Of a DNA stretch of 64,000 bases, positions 1 through 12,800 are shown one piece after another. The DNA is from Macrostomum lignano (taxonomy: Eukaryota), in NCBI GenBank assembly GCA_002269645.1, contig NIVC01000016.1:496001-560000 (forward strand), read 5' to 3'. Numbering within the stretch: position 1 is the stretch's first letter; each line of letters starts with the position of its first letter. A program made the position numbers and the translations under genes. The notes under the pieces are model-generated. The model had not been told where the DNA came from. It saw only the letters and a list, made by a program, of their open reading frames with translations, and ran no database searches.

Positions 1-947
1 CTTCAGGGACCTCGCTTGGTTGCACTATTACACATGGGAACACCAACTGCAATATAGATGCCACGCCCACATACGCTCGTACGTTGCTCAGAATTTAATT
101 GAATTCAATCTGATCACACTATATTGAATACCCGCAGCTATTTTGGAATATTTGATAGCTATATCTCTAACGCCGGCCCCTCGTAAAAAATCCGTTACTA
201 TCCAAATCTTTTTTGTGCCCTCCTTTTGAACTCAGTACATTAATTGGAACTCACAGTTATATATACAAACAGTTTTTTTAAGCTCGACTCGAGTCCATGC
301 AGTTCAGGGGTTGCACCCAGAGGGGGAGGGGTCAAGGGAGGAAAATTCCGGGGTCTGCCCCCTCTTGCCAGTGCCACCTCTCTCCGTAACACACCCCCCC
401 TAAAATTTTTTGAGTGCGCCCCTCGTTCCGTTTAAGATTTATGGCTTGGTATTTTAAAAATGCACAGCTGTTGCATGTAGCCTATAAGCGATGAATTTCA
501 GAACCTATAAGAGATAACAAGTTAAGTACAGCTGTTTTTGTTACTATATGATCTATTCGTGGTAACTGGGTGGAGAGTATTTGCTTCCTGTCTTGATTTA
601 ATAAGAACCCTGAGACAGTTGGCTAACCAACCAAGCAAGCTGTCAATGCATTCATTCTAAAAAAGTGATAAATTTTTGTTACCTTGCCTGACAATATGCT
701 ATTGCTGGAGTAGCTAATTTATGATAGTGTTATGCAAAGCTGGAAAAGAAGTCGCTTTGATTTAAACTATCAGAAGGAGAGACAAAGATGTAGTAGAGAG
801 GGATCACAAATAGAGATGGGGTTGTGTATTGAAATTAAATTTGAACTTTTTTGCGCAAGCTATTCTGTGCGCAGTTTAAACAGTGATTATGCAATCTAGT
901 AGTTCTACCTCATTAGTACATGCAGATATAGTAATTTTAGCATATTA

Positions 948-1170
948 TTAGAGATTTAGTATATTTAGACTAGAGCGCTATGGACAAGCAAACATACAAA
1001 TCTTAGAGATTTAGTATATTTAGATTATGGACAAACATACAAATATTAGAGATTTAGTATATTTGGATTTTAAGAAAATCGGTCAAGGACAGTGAGCTCT
1101 AGAGCTTTATGGACAAGCAAGCAAGCAAGCAAACAAACCTTAGAGATTTAGCATATTTGGATTAGAGATT
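948..1170. repeat. Short interspersed repeat, about 4-5 copies of TTAGAGATTTAGTATATTT(A/G)GA with GGACAA(GC)AAAC spacers
   Basis: Motif recurs near 948, 1003, 1046 and 1140; may be multimerised transposon termini. Confidence 0.6.
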
Positions 1171-1408
1171 AAGTATAAATAAGTGCCACATGGAGTTCGG
1201 GCTCGAGATGACCTATGGAGCTAGCAGCACATTTCACTTTAAGCACGGTGTAAAAGTTTAAGATCTTGTTATTTGCGCTCACAAGCCAAATGTGCCCCCG
1301 CCTCCACAATCCAGCAGGGGGTGCAGTGAAATAAAACTGGAGGGGCAGTGGATAAGATGCAAGCAAATTTAGTGAATACGCAGATTTTTTCTTTTTTACC
1401 TGTGGGCC

Positions 1409-1920
1409 GCATATGGACTGAAATAAAAATGCAGAATATAATGGCATGCAAAAAATGATGGCATTTAGAAGGTAATAATTAATAGCTTTACCTGTGCACC
1501 GCATATGGACTGAAATAAAAGTGCAGAATATAATGGCATGCGAAAAATAATGGCATTTAGAAGGTAATAATTAATAGCTTTACCTGTGCGCCGCATATGG
1601 ACTGAAATAAAAGTGCAGAATGTAATGGCATGCGAAAAATGATGGCATTTAGAAGGTAATAATTAATAGCTTTACCTGTGCGCCACATATGGACTGAAAT
1701 AAAAGTGCAGAATGTAATGGCATGCGAAAAATGATGGCATTTAGAAGGTAATAATTAATAGCTTTACCTGTGCGCTGCATATGGACTGAAATAAAAGTGC
1801 AGAATGTAATGGCATGCGAAAAATGATGGCATTTAGAAGGTAATAATTAATAGCTTTACCTGTGCGCCGCATATGGACTGAAATAAAAGTGCAGAATATA
1901 ATGGTGTGCAAAAAATGATA
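1409..1920. repeat. 92-bp tandem repeat, about 5.6 copies, just downstream of the MULE transposase 3' end
   Basis: Units start GCATATGGACTGAAATAAAA at 1409, 1501, 1593, 1685, 1777, 1869. Confidence 0.9.
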
Positions 1921-2050
1921 ATGAGGGAGCTATTTGCTAAGCAAGCAATGAATTGAGATTTATAACTCGATTTAAGTAAAATGGTTAATTATTAAAAGTT
2001 TCCACTTGAATCAGGCAAAACGGAGAGATCACGATCAATTCTGCTGCGCA

Positions 2051-3694
2051 TCATCCTCGCCCTCTTGCTGCCATCCAGGTTGCGCATGAATATGGCTGCA
2101 GGCCCGGAGAAATGCAGCAATCGACATAGTGCCCTCTCTCAGGTGTCGACAGAACAGCTTGGCCTTGATGAACTTGCTGCAGCAGATGTTGCACCTGCTC
2201 TGTATCATGCTGAAGCAGGGTCAGCAGAAGATAGAAATTAAGCGCTTTCTCTCCACGCTTGTTGAGCTGCGCGTGCCAAGCCTCCACGGCATTGTTCGTC
2301 CTTGTGAACCGCTCAAAGACGCAAATGGCATCCCGGTCCCACACAGGGTGCTGTAGCCAGGTTGCACGCACGTATTCCGTTAGCTCTAGAAGGCGCTGAT
2401 TCTCTCCTGCCATTGCAGTGCAGGCTGCAAGGCCATCTAGCATGCAAGGAGCTGGCAGACAAGGAATCGAAAGCAGCATGCGTACTAATAACTTTACCGC
2501 AGGGGAAGTCGCATACTGCACCTGCAATCCAAGAGACTGGACTCGCCTGAAAACAGCCTGGCAGTAATGAAAAAAGCAGCCACGAACTTGGGCTGCTGGA
2601 TAAACTAGCCGAATGGCTTGCCAGGCGGCCGACTCAAAGTCGCAGATAAATTGGACAGGTGCATTACCAGTCAACTCCCATACCTGCCGGAAGCAGGCTT
2701 GGTAGTCAGCCTGAGCCTTACCTGACATGAGAAAGAATGCCAGTGGTACCAGACGCTCTTGATTGTCGCAGCAAATGGCTCCATGAAGGCTGTACAGCTG
2801 CATGAAAGGCGCCTTGACAATGCCGAATGTGCCATCACAGTGCAGAATGCGTTGTGTGGACAGGATCTCCCGTTGTGTTGCAGACATGAAGACAAAGTGC
2901 CGTCCATTTGTCTCTGGAACAGTAACATCCTGCAAATGGAACTCTGGGGGCACGTGCTCAGGATCAACTTGAAAATGGATGTTAGCTGGCTCCGCGGGGC
3001 GGCTTTTTTTACGAGAATAATTGGCATTGCGACTTAAGGAATCTATATTAATCACTGCCTGCACTTCTTGGGGGAGCTCTCTTACTTTCTCCTCAGCGAT
3101 GATGCGAGCAGATTTGAATGGCGCTCGCTTTGCTTCCGCTTTTACCTGAGCTGCAATACGTCGTTTTTTAACTGGCTGATCGACTGGATCGCAGGTGTGC
3201 TCTTTCAAGGCTTCAATGGTTCCGTCTTGTCGCTTGACGACTGAGCCCAGGCATTTCGGTGCAGTTTTGTTGCAACGGTAGTAAGTGTTGCCGTTTCGCC
3301 TGCTCTTGACATGCATCAAGCGGCCAAGATCACGCCTGACGTACTGCACCAGCAAGTCTTTGCCGTGGCTGAATCCAGCACCTGGAAAATGCTCAAAAGC
3401 CTGCGGAGGTGGGCTACGAGGCGGCGCCAACTCTGCTGGAGGCTCGTGAATTGATTCTTCGAGCACAGGTTCAGCGTCAGCGAAATCGGGATACTGAAAT
3501 AAAAACCTCTCTTCCACTTCCACATGAGGGACTGGAAGCAATGGCTCCTCTTGGTCAATAGGCTCACCACCTGGTCCTGATCCTGAAAAGGTTGGCGGCA
3601 CAGTAGCTGCTGGGGCAGCTGAGGGTGCAGATGAAGGCACACCTGTAGTTGGCCTAAGGCATCGGTTTTCACAGCCAGAAAAACTTGCGTACAC
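2051..3694 (-). mobile_element. Mutator-like (MULE) DDE transposase with FLYWCH-type zinc finger
   Basis: 547-aa ORF with YYRC..C..H (GNTYYRCNKTAPKCLG...EHTC), LHCDGTF (D1), ICDFE (D2), GCFFHYCQA (CxxH) and RTNNAVEAWH (E). The usual C-terminus (GTMSIAAFLRACS) lies in a shifted frame. TIRs not identified. Confidence 0.9.
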
Positions 3695-4089
3695 GTTTCA
3701 TCGCAGCGTACTGCTCCGGTGTAACGCGACTGTTACACGCACAATGCTGCCATTCGCTACACTGCGAGCACTCAATAGCTTCTTCTCCATTGACAACAGG
3801 CTGTACACACACTACACATGGGTATGCACCTGCCATTTTAATGATATTTCTTGATCAAAAACTATTTAAGCTCCGATATCAGATAATCAGTTTTTATTGT
3901 ATAGATATGCTATTCTAATACAATTATAGATAAACAGAAAATTCAAATTCGGGGCCGTATCAGTGGAGGATAACTGCTATTTGATGAGCGCCCAGCCAAT
4001 GAGAGTTCTGGCATTTTTGGAAGAGCGTTTCTTACCCACTGTTTCACCCACTGTTTCACCCACTGTTTCTCACCCATTGTTTCTCGGAG

Positions 4090-4700
4090 AGTGGATAGAG
4101 AGTGAGAGTGGAGAGAGGGTGAGAGTTGAAAGAGAGGCTGAAAGTGGAGAGAGGGTGAGAGTTGAAAGAGACTGAGAGTAGAGGCTGAGAGTAAAGAGAG
4201 GCTGAAAGTGGAGAGAGGGTGAGAGTAGAGGGAGGGTGAGAGTGGAGAGAGGGTGAGAGTGGAGAGGGTGAGAGTGGAGAGAGGGTGAGAGTGGAGGGAG
4301 GGTGAGAGTGGAGAGAGGGTGAGAGTGGAGAGAGGGTGAGAGTGGAGAGAGGGTGAGAGTGGAGAGAGGGTGAGAGTGGAGAGAGGGTAAGAGTGGAGAG
4401 AGGGTGAGAGTGGAGAGAGGGTGAGAGTGGAGAGAGAGTGAGAGTGGAGAGAGGGTGAGAGTTGAAAGAGAGGCTGAAAGTGGAGAGAGGGTGAGAGTTG
4501 AAAGAGACTGAGAGTAGAGGCTGAGAGTAAAGAGAGGCTGAAAGTGGAGAGAGGGTGAGAGTAGAGGGAGGGTGAGAGTGGAGAGAGGGTGAGAGTGGGG
4601 AGAGGGTGAGAGTGGAGAGAGGGTGAGAGTGGAGGGAGGGTGAGAGTGGAGAGAGGGTGAGAGTGGAGAGAGGGTGAGAGTGGAGAGAGTGTGAGAGAAT
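4090..4700. repeat. Purine-rich 17-bp minisatellite (GAGAGTGGAGAGAGGGT)n with variant blocks
   Basis: Direct inspection. Confidence 0.9.
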
Positions 4701-4841
4701 TAAAGAGAGACCTCGAGCAGCAGTGTCGGAAAATATTTCAAAGTGGGGGGGGGCTATTGTTGGGAGGGCACATTGCACATAATTTCTTTTAATCTAAGGG
4801 CACCCAAACTCCTGATGTTAGCTATATCAGTTTGTGAAATT

Positions 4842-5098
4842 GTCCTCTCCTCTCCTCTCCTCTCCTCACCTATCTCCTCTCTCCTCTCCTCTCCTCTCCT
4901 CTCCTCTCCTCTCTTCTCCTCTCCTCTCCTCTCTTCTCCTCTCCTCTCCTCTCCTCTCCTCTCCTCTCCTCACCTATCTCCTCTCCTCTCCTCTCCTCTC
5001 CTCTCCTCTCCTCACCTATCTCCTCTCCTCTCCTCTCCTCTCCTCTCCACTCTTCTCTGTTCTCTCCTCTCCTCTCTCTTCTCTTATCATCTCCTCTC
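4842..5098. repeat. (CTCCT)n microsatellite
   Basis: Direct inspection. Confidence 0.95.
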
Positions 5099-7961
5099 TT
5101 ATCGTGAGTGAGTGAGCGAGTAAAATACATGTAGAGGGTGAGAGAGTGAGTGAGTTAGTGATTGAGTGATTTAAAGTGAGCATGAAAGCTGCTTATAACA
5201 GGCCTCGTACAACTCGATCGAGGCCCAGCTTGTACAAATCACAGACTACTTTAGTGTCGTTTTTATAGGAAGCCTGTACATGTACACGTAATAAAAACGG
5301 TATGGCTGCACAACTCACCATCCCGTAACCTCTAAATACAAGTGCATGTTAGCCTGCCTGCCTGCGATCGAATTGGCAAATTTGCATTGGCAATCAGACA
5401 TGCTCGAATCACACATGAAAACTCACATTATAACAAATTATAACAATGACAACCAACTCAAGGACCACATTCGAAACTGCGAATTAAGAATGCAGTTAAG
5501 TCAAGAGCCTTTTTTCACAGCTTTCTACTAATAGTAGCTGTTTATTTAGGATTGATATTTCCTTTACAATTCAAATTGAATGAAAAAACAAGGAAGGCTC
5601 ACTCAGGTCCGCCCGGCCTGCTCACCGGTTCCTCTCTCGCGGCCTTGTCGTCCCCATCTCACCTCTCCCCCAGCACCATCCAATAACATGGCGAGCCAAA
5701 TTCCTCCCCCTAGCTCCCCCAAGTGTGGCGGTCTTGGTGTGTGGCGGTCTTGGTCCTACACCTTAAAAGTTTATTTTAAAGTGTAAATTTTAAGTTTTCC
5801 TGTTTTAGGCTTATAATAAGGTATTTTAATAAATGTTTTGTATGTTTCAATATTTAGCTATAAATAGTATTGGCAAAAAAGTTAAATAATTAACCAATTT
5901 ATCATATCAGCTAAAAAAGTCCTTTAAAAATAATATAAAAAGGTTATTCACTATATTCATACTGGCTTAGATTTAAGAATGTGGGCATATACTATTTTTG
6001 GCATGCATTACTATTTAATTTTTGGTTGTGTGTACACTTAGCATGAACAAAACTATAAGACCTAGATAGGTATCCATTGATTTCAAGGTCTGGACTATAT
6101 AGGCATGTAGCTAGGATTTATATCTAAGGGAGGCAGAGACATTAATCTATCTTCAATATTAATAATAGAAGTAAAATATAAAAGCAATAAAAAATAATTT
6201 CCTTTTCAAAGGAAAGAATGTATCCCTAATGTCCCCCTTTGGCTATATCCCTAGCCCTAGTGCATACCAGAATAAAAATGCTATCTTAGCTAAATATATA
6301 TTAGTATATACCAAAAAAAATTAATTTTTCTAATATAAATATTAATGCAAAAAAAATTCCTAAGCCTAAAAAGGTCATTTGACTTTGCTAGATTTAGTTT
6401 TATACTATATTCTAGATCATGTTGGATGCATGCTAGAATGTATCCTAGGTAGTTTTTTGTTTGCATACTTACTCTACATTGTGCTCACCAATTATACACT
6501 AGGCGCAATAGTGCAACTAGAAATTTGTTATGGGGAGGCAGATTTTGGAGGGTAAATACCTGAAGAGGGCAAAGGGAAGGTAGTCTCCATTTTTGGCAAA
6601 AATTTGCTTGGTTTCCAAGGTAGAATTATCCCAAAAACAAATAATGCATTCTATGCAAAAGTCAAAAACAAAATAGACATGTGTGCAAAACAAAATAAAA
6701 TATTACACAGTATTAAAGACCTAAGGGAGCTTTAGAATATTAAATATTGGCACTAGTTTTACAATTGCTACATTTAAATCTTAATATACACATTCTTATG
6801 CCAAAAAAATCCATTGTTCTGCATGCCTTTCTTGATCCATTTTTTTGTTCTTTATGCTTGATAAATTAAGTTTACCCAGGTTGGTCTCCCCTTTGATTTT
6901 TTTAGGTCTTTGCCTAAGGCTAATGATTCCTACCCCTAGTTGTACCATTGCTTACAAAACAAACAATTCAATTTGTATTTGTGGAAAGCAAAAACAGCTT
7001 TTTGGCACGTGCATACAATCAGATTATATAGGCTAATGTGCTAATAGTTAGTCAACCCTAATCCCCAAGCCACTCAAGCTAAAGTGGGACTACCCCCACC
7101 CAATCTCTAGGGTTGGTGGTACACAGATGCTATGTGATAAGCAGGTTAGACTGGTAAGTGTGAGGGCACCTTAATGGCCACTTCCAGATACACTTGCATT
7201 TGTCTATCGCAGGCTCTAAGATTAGTATGCAGAATTTAGATTTTTAGTATATACTTTTTACTAGTTTTATTTTATGCAAATCATGAAAAAGAAACATTTT
7301 ATCATTGCTATATCTACCTTTTATATTATAAATTTTTTTCAAAATATTGTACATTTTATTTATGTCAAAATTGGTATATATGCCAAAATTTATATGTATG
7401 CCTATGCCAACTTTGAAGGAAGTCATTAGTATACTAGAAATTGTTAGCTTTGCTTTGGCTTTAGCCAGTACTATCATTTTTAAATTTATACAATGTGCAT
7501 ATGGCATAAGAAATCTATTACTTGAGTCCTTGACCCTAGCAAGTTATAGCTTCTCTAGGCCCCTTGCACTTACAAAGACATTCATCTCAACTTTAGCCCC
7601 TACTATTCTATCTACACAATGTATAAAAGGCATAGCATGGAAAATCTATTGCTTGAGTCCTTGATTAGCAATCTAGTTTCTACCTTCTACTCTAGTTTTT
7701 ACCAATGAAATCAATGGCTCCAATGATCTTTTGTACTTATTTGCCAAACTTGAACTTTTTGATTCTGAAGTTTATCAACAAGGTGAGTAAGTCTTAGTTA
7801 TTAGATTGTCAATATTACCATCTGTGGGAATTATGTGTTCCTATAGCCATATTTATCAGCACAGTGGAATGGTATTGCCTGGTATCATTTTAATGATCAT
7901 AAGACATTGATTGATTGACATTGATTTTTGATCTATAGAGGGAACACAAGAATCAGCAGAA

Positions 7962-8088
7962 AAAATTGTCTGTCAAGATTTTCCCACCAAGAATTGTCTG
8001 TCAAGATTTTCCCACCAAGAATTGTCTGTCAAGATTTTCCCACCAAGAATTGCCTGTCAAGATTTTCCCACCAAGAATTGCCTGCAAG
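7962..8088. repeat. 28-bp tandem repeat GAATTGTCTGTCAAGATTTTCCCACCAA, about 4 copies
   Basis: Direct inspection. Confidence 0.85.
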
Positions 8089-8521
8089 TGAATTTGCCTA
8101 TCAAAATAACAAATAGGATATTGTGTTTACCTAACTTATTTAGCCTTAATTGGGTTTCATTAGATGGATCCTGATTTTTTATTTTTTGTAAAATGATATA
8201 CAATTGTTAATCTTTAGTCAAGTCTTAAGAATACCATTTGAACCAATTGTTTACTATCATAGTTACTTGTTAAATAAACTAATTGGTCTTACTAATTTAC
8301 ACTATCTGAATTTATTATAGTTAGATAATTATGCTTTTATGATAACTGATAAAATTTATATGAAAAAATTCCACAGGCTAAGATATCCATTTTGCTACCT
8401 ACCAAAGAGGTTCTCAATAATTTTAATTTATTATTGAAACTTTGTCATGTTCAACAAACAAGTAATCTGCTGGGGCTTCAATAGATCAGTTAGCTCACCA
8501 ACGCCCATTATCCTTATTTAG

Positions 8522-9649
8522 CGGAATGCGTAGCGCACACGCCCGGCTCCGTGACCTGCCTCAGCCTTGGCCAGCTCACCGGCTCCATCCTGGCCACTGG
8601 CGGCGACGACAAAATGGTGAAACTGTGGGTTGTTGGCCGCACCTCCTGCATCATGAGCTTGGCCGGACACACCGCCTCAGTTGAGTCGCTGCGGTTCAAC
8701 TCCAAGGAGGATAAGCTGGCTGCTGGCTCCCTCTCTGGCGTCATCAAAATCTGGGATTTAAACGAGGCTAAGCTAATGCGCTCCCTATCTGGCCACAAGG
8801 CGGCCGTCAGCTGCCTGGATTTGCATCCGTTTGGGGATTTCGCTGTCTCCGGCTGTGCGGATGGCAGCGCGAAGGTAATTGATAGCAGTGCGGCTTGCTG
8901 AGGGATCAGTTTGATTGCAGTGCGGCTTGCTGAGGCATCAGTTTGATTGCAGTGCGGCTTGCTGAGGCATCAGTTTGATTGCAGTGCGGCTTGCTGAGGG
9001 ATCAGTTTGATTGCAGTGCGGCTTGCTGAGGGATCAGTTTGATTGCAGTGCGGCTTGCTGAGGCATCAGTTTGATAGCAGTGCGGCTTGCTGAGGCATCA
9101 GTTTGATTGCAGTGCGGCTTGCTGAGGGATCAGTTTGATTGCAGTGCGGCTTGCTGAGGCATCAGTTTGATTGCAGTGCGGCTTGCTGAGGCATCAGTTT
9201 GATTGCAGTGCGGCTTGCTGAGGCATCAGTTTGATTGCAGTGCGGCTTGCTGAGGGATCAGTTTGATTGCAGTGCGGCTTGCTGAGGCATCAGTTTGATA
9301 GCAGGGCGGTCAATAATGCTTAATCAGCTACTAAATAATTTTATTGATTTACCCTACCTGTCCAGCTGTGGGACATCAGGCGCAAGGGCTGCATCTACAC
9401 ATACAAGGGTCACACGGAGCCGCTGACCTGCGTGAAATTCTCTCCCGACGGTCGTTGGGTTGTTACTGCCGGGCAGGACTCTGTTATCAAGGTGCGGCTA
9501 TTATTGTGTTTCGTTTTTTATGGCCTGATGCTCTGATAAACTTACGCATTGATTGATTGATAGGTTATTAGAGACCGTAGCTGAATAGATAACAGATATC
9601 GATAGCAGACAGACCGACAGATGGACAGACGACAGACAGATAGACAGAT

Positions 9650-9715
<66 letters not shown>

Positions 9716-9793
9716 TGGAAACTGATAGACAGATGACAGACAGACAGACAGACAGACAGGCAGACAGACAGACAGACAGACAGACAGACAGGC

Positions 9794-9828
<35 letters not shown>

Positions 9829-12800
9829 TGGAAACTGATAGACAGATGACAGACAGACAGACGGAAACTGATAGACAGACAGGCAGACTGTCAGAAATTC
9901 ACTGCGAGAAGGCAAAGTGAGCCGCCAGTAGAGCGCGACGGGGGTTTAAAAACACCCCTGCCACCCAAGGGGGGGGGGGCAGGCGGCGATGTACAATCAA
10001 CGCGCTGGGCACTAAAGCCGGTTTGTGCACTTTCGCCGCACAAACCAGTCCAATATTCAGAGAGACAGATAAAGAGACAGACAAGCACTAAGGCAGGCAG
10101 GCAGACAGACAGACACTAAGACAGACAGACAGAAATTAGAGAGGCACACAGGCATTCAGGCAGGATCAATACCGCTGCCCCGCCAGATCTGGGACCTGGA
10201 GGCCGGCAAAATCCAGGCCGAATTTGCCGAACTCAGCGCCGGCGCCACCGACCTGAGCTTCCATCCGAGCGTGCTGCTGATGGCGGCCGCCTTCCAGGAC
10301 AAGACGGTCCGCTTCCTTGACCTGGAACTGTTTCAGTCGATCGGTTCCACCCTGGAAACTGATATGCCGACCCCGCCGCGTCGGATCGCCTTCAACCCGG
10401 ACGGCAACTCCGTGTACGCGTCCTGCGGCGACACGCTGAAGATTATCAATGTGGAGCCGACCGCCCTGCTGGAGACCGTGCCGGTGGGTTGGGGCCGCCT
10501 GACCCTGGCTGACCTGGTCGTATCCGCCAGGCACAACCAGCTGATTGGTGAGGACTGGAGAGATTTTCCCGTTTTATCAGAGGAATTCGTGGCTTCTGTG
10601 CAGATATTTCACATTTTCTATCGTCTCGATTCCCTCCGATCAGATACAGAATTCCCTCCGATCAGATGGAGAATTCCCTCAGATTATGAGGAGAATTCCA
10701 TCAGATTATGTGGAGAATTCCGTCAGATTATATGGAGAATTCCCTCAGATTATATGGAGAATTCCCTCAGTCTATATGGAGAATTCCCTCAGACTATAAG
10801 GAAAATTCCTTCAGTTTATATGGAGAATTCCCCTAGATTATATGGAGAATTCCCTTAGTCTTTATGAATAATTCCCTCAGTATATATGAAGAATTCCCTC
10901 AGACTATATGAAAAGTTCCCTCAGACTATATGAAGAATTCCTCTGTGTAATTTACAAAATACACACTTTTTCCTAGCTACTCACCAGTAGCAAGCCAGTC
11001 CCTAGTTAAAAGTGCATTGTATTTTCCAATCCAGGCGCCGGCTTTGCTCACAGCAGCGTCGTGACCTACGTTGTGGACGTGAAGTCCTGCGCACCCTACG
11101 TTACCCCGGCGCCCGCCCAAGCCGCCGCCGTGTTGTCGCCGCCGGACAAAGACCGGCCGACCACCACTTCCGGCAGGAAGTCTTTCAACCAGCCGGAGCC
11201 CAACCTGGTGCCGAAGACGAAAACTTCAAAGAAAAAAGCCGCGCTGGCTGGCGGCGCCGGCGCGGCCTCAGTCGATGAGGAGTCCAGCGAGATGCAAATT
11301 CACGACCCGGAGGCCTACAATGACATTTTCGCGCCTAAACGGGCGCTTCGACGCTCGCCATCGCCGCCGTCGTCTTCGTCTGGCGCCGGCGCCGCCGCCT
11401 CGCGGCCAGCCCACGCGTTCGCAGCCGCGGCCGCCAAGCCATTCACCCCGCCGACTAAGGAGAGTCCGACTAAGCCGCCTGATGGTCAGTGCCTATCATG
11501 TTCCGTGCGCTCTTCATTTTTAGCCACTTTTCTAGCGCCTGTTTGGTGCGCAAATAATACTACTTACAGTAGCGTAAAGTAGACTGGCAACCAGTTAGCC
11601 ATAAATTGTTAGTAATCCTGGTGAGGCTGATTGACAGCCAGTGAGGTGAGGCTGATTGACAGCCAGTGAGGTGAAGCTGATTGACAGCCAGTGAGGTGAA
11701 GCTGATTGACAGCCAGTGAGGTGAAGCTGATTGACAGCCAGTGAGGTGAAGCTGATTGACAGCCAGTGAGGTGAAGCTGATTGACAGCCAGTGAGGTGAA
11801 GCTGATTGACAGCCAGTGAGGTGAAGCTGATTGACAGCCAGTGAGGTGAGGCTGATTGACAGCCAGTGAGGTGAGGCTGATTGACAGCCAGTGAGGTGAG
11901 GCTGATTGACAGCCAGTGAGGTGAAGCTGATTGACAGCCAGTGAGGTGAGGCTGATTGACAGCCAGTGAGGTGAGGCTGATTGACAGTCAGTGAGGTGAG
12001 GCTGATTGACAGTCAGTGAGGTGAGGCTGATTGACAGCCAGTGAGGTGAGGCTGATTGACAGCCAGTGAGGTGAGGCTGATTGACAGCCAGTGAGGTGAG
12101 GCTGATTGACAGTCAGTGAGGTGAGGCTGATTGACAGCCAGTGAGGTGATTGACAGCTAGTCAGATGCTCAGATGCTGATTGACAGCTCTAATTAACAAG
12201 CTCAAACAATTGTAATTATCATCTCAGCAGGCGATCAGCGCCGCGCCGCGCCAGAGCCGGCCTCGCCGCCTCCCCAGCCGGAGCCCCGACAGCCGCCGCC
12301 ACAACCGTCGCCGCCGCAGCAGCAGCCACCGCCGACCAGAGACCGAGCCCGTAGCCGCGAACGTCGGGCCGAGGCGGCCGCGGCGGCTGTTACCCCGACG
12401 CCGCGGAATAACGGCGGCGCCCCAGCGGCCGTGTCGGTCTCCGTGTCGGACTTCCTGCCGGTAAGTCCAATACCTTTGTCCTTGGATGAAGAATTGTTAC
12501 TTTTAATTTACCTAGATAAGTAAAGTCCAGCTGAATACCAAGGATTCTGAGAAGTGCTAAACATTATAAGAAATCTCACTTATAAAGCAATCTCAATGAG
12601 AATTCTAAGAAATATCAATTAGAATTCTAGGAACTAGCAATTAGGATTCTAAGAAATATCTATGAGAGTTCTAAAAAAATCTGGGTAAGGATTCTGGGAA
12701 TTCCCTATGAGGATTCTGAGAAATATCAATGAGGGTTCTAAGAAATATCTATGAGGTTTCTAAGAAATATGAGGGTTCTAAGAAATCTCAATGGGGATTC

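Noticed and set aside
305-424. hAT-like MITE (CAGGGGTTGCAC...GTGCGCCCCTC)
   Set aside because: Termini are imperfect and no 8-bp TSD is visible
5688-5786. ATG GCG AGC CAA... (MASQIPPPSSPK) as KATNB1 first exon
   Set aside because: No convincing phase-1 GT donor and no similarity to the KATNB1 N-terminus; left unresolved
7696-7782. 87-nt phase 1-1 cassette-like exon (FTNEINGSNDLLYLFAKLELFDSEVYQQ) with strong GTGAGT donor
   Set aside because: It would splice in frame to KATNB1 but has no homology I recognise and lies in eroded AT-rich DNA; likely cryptic
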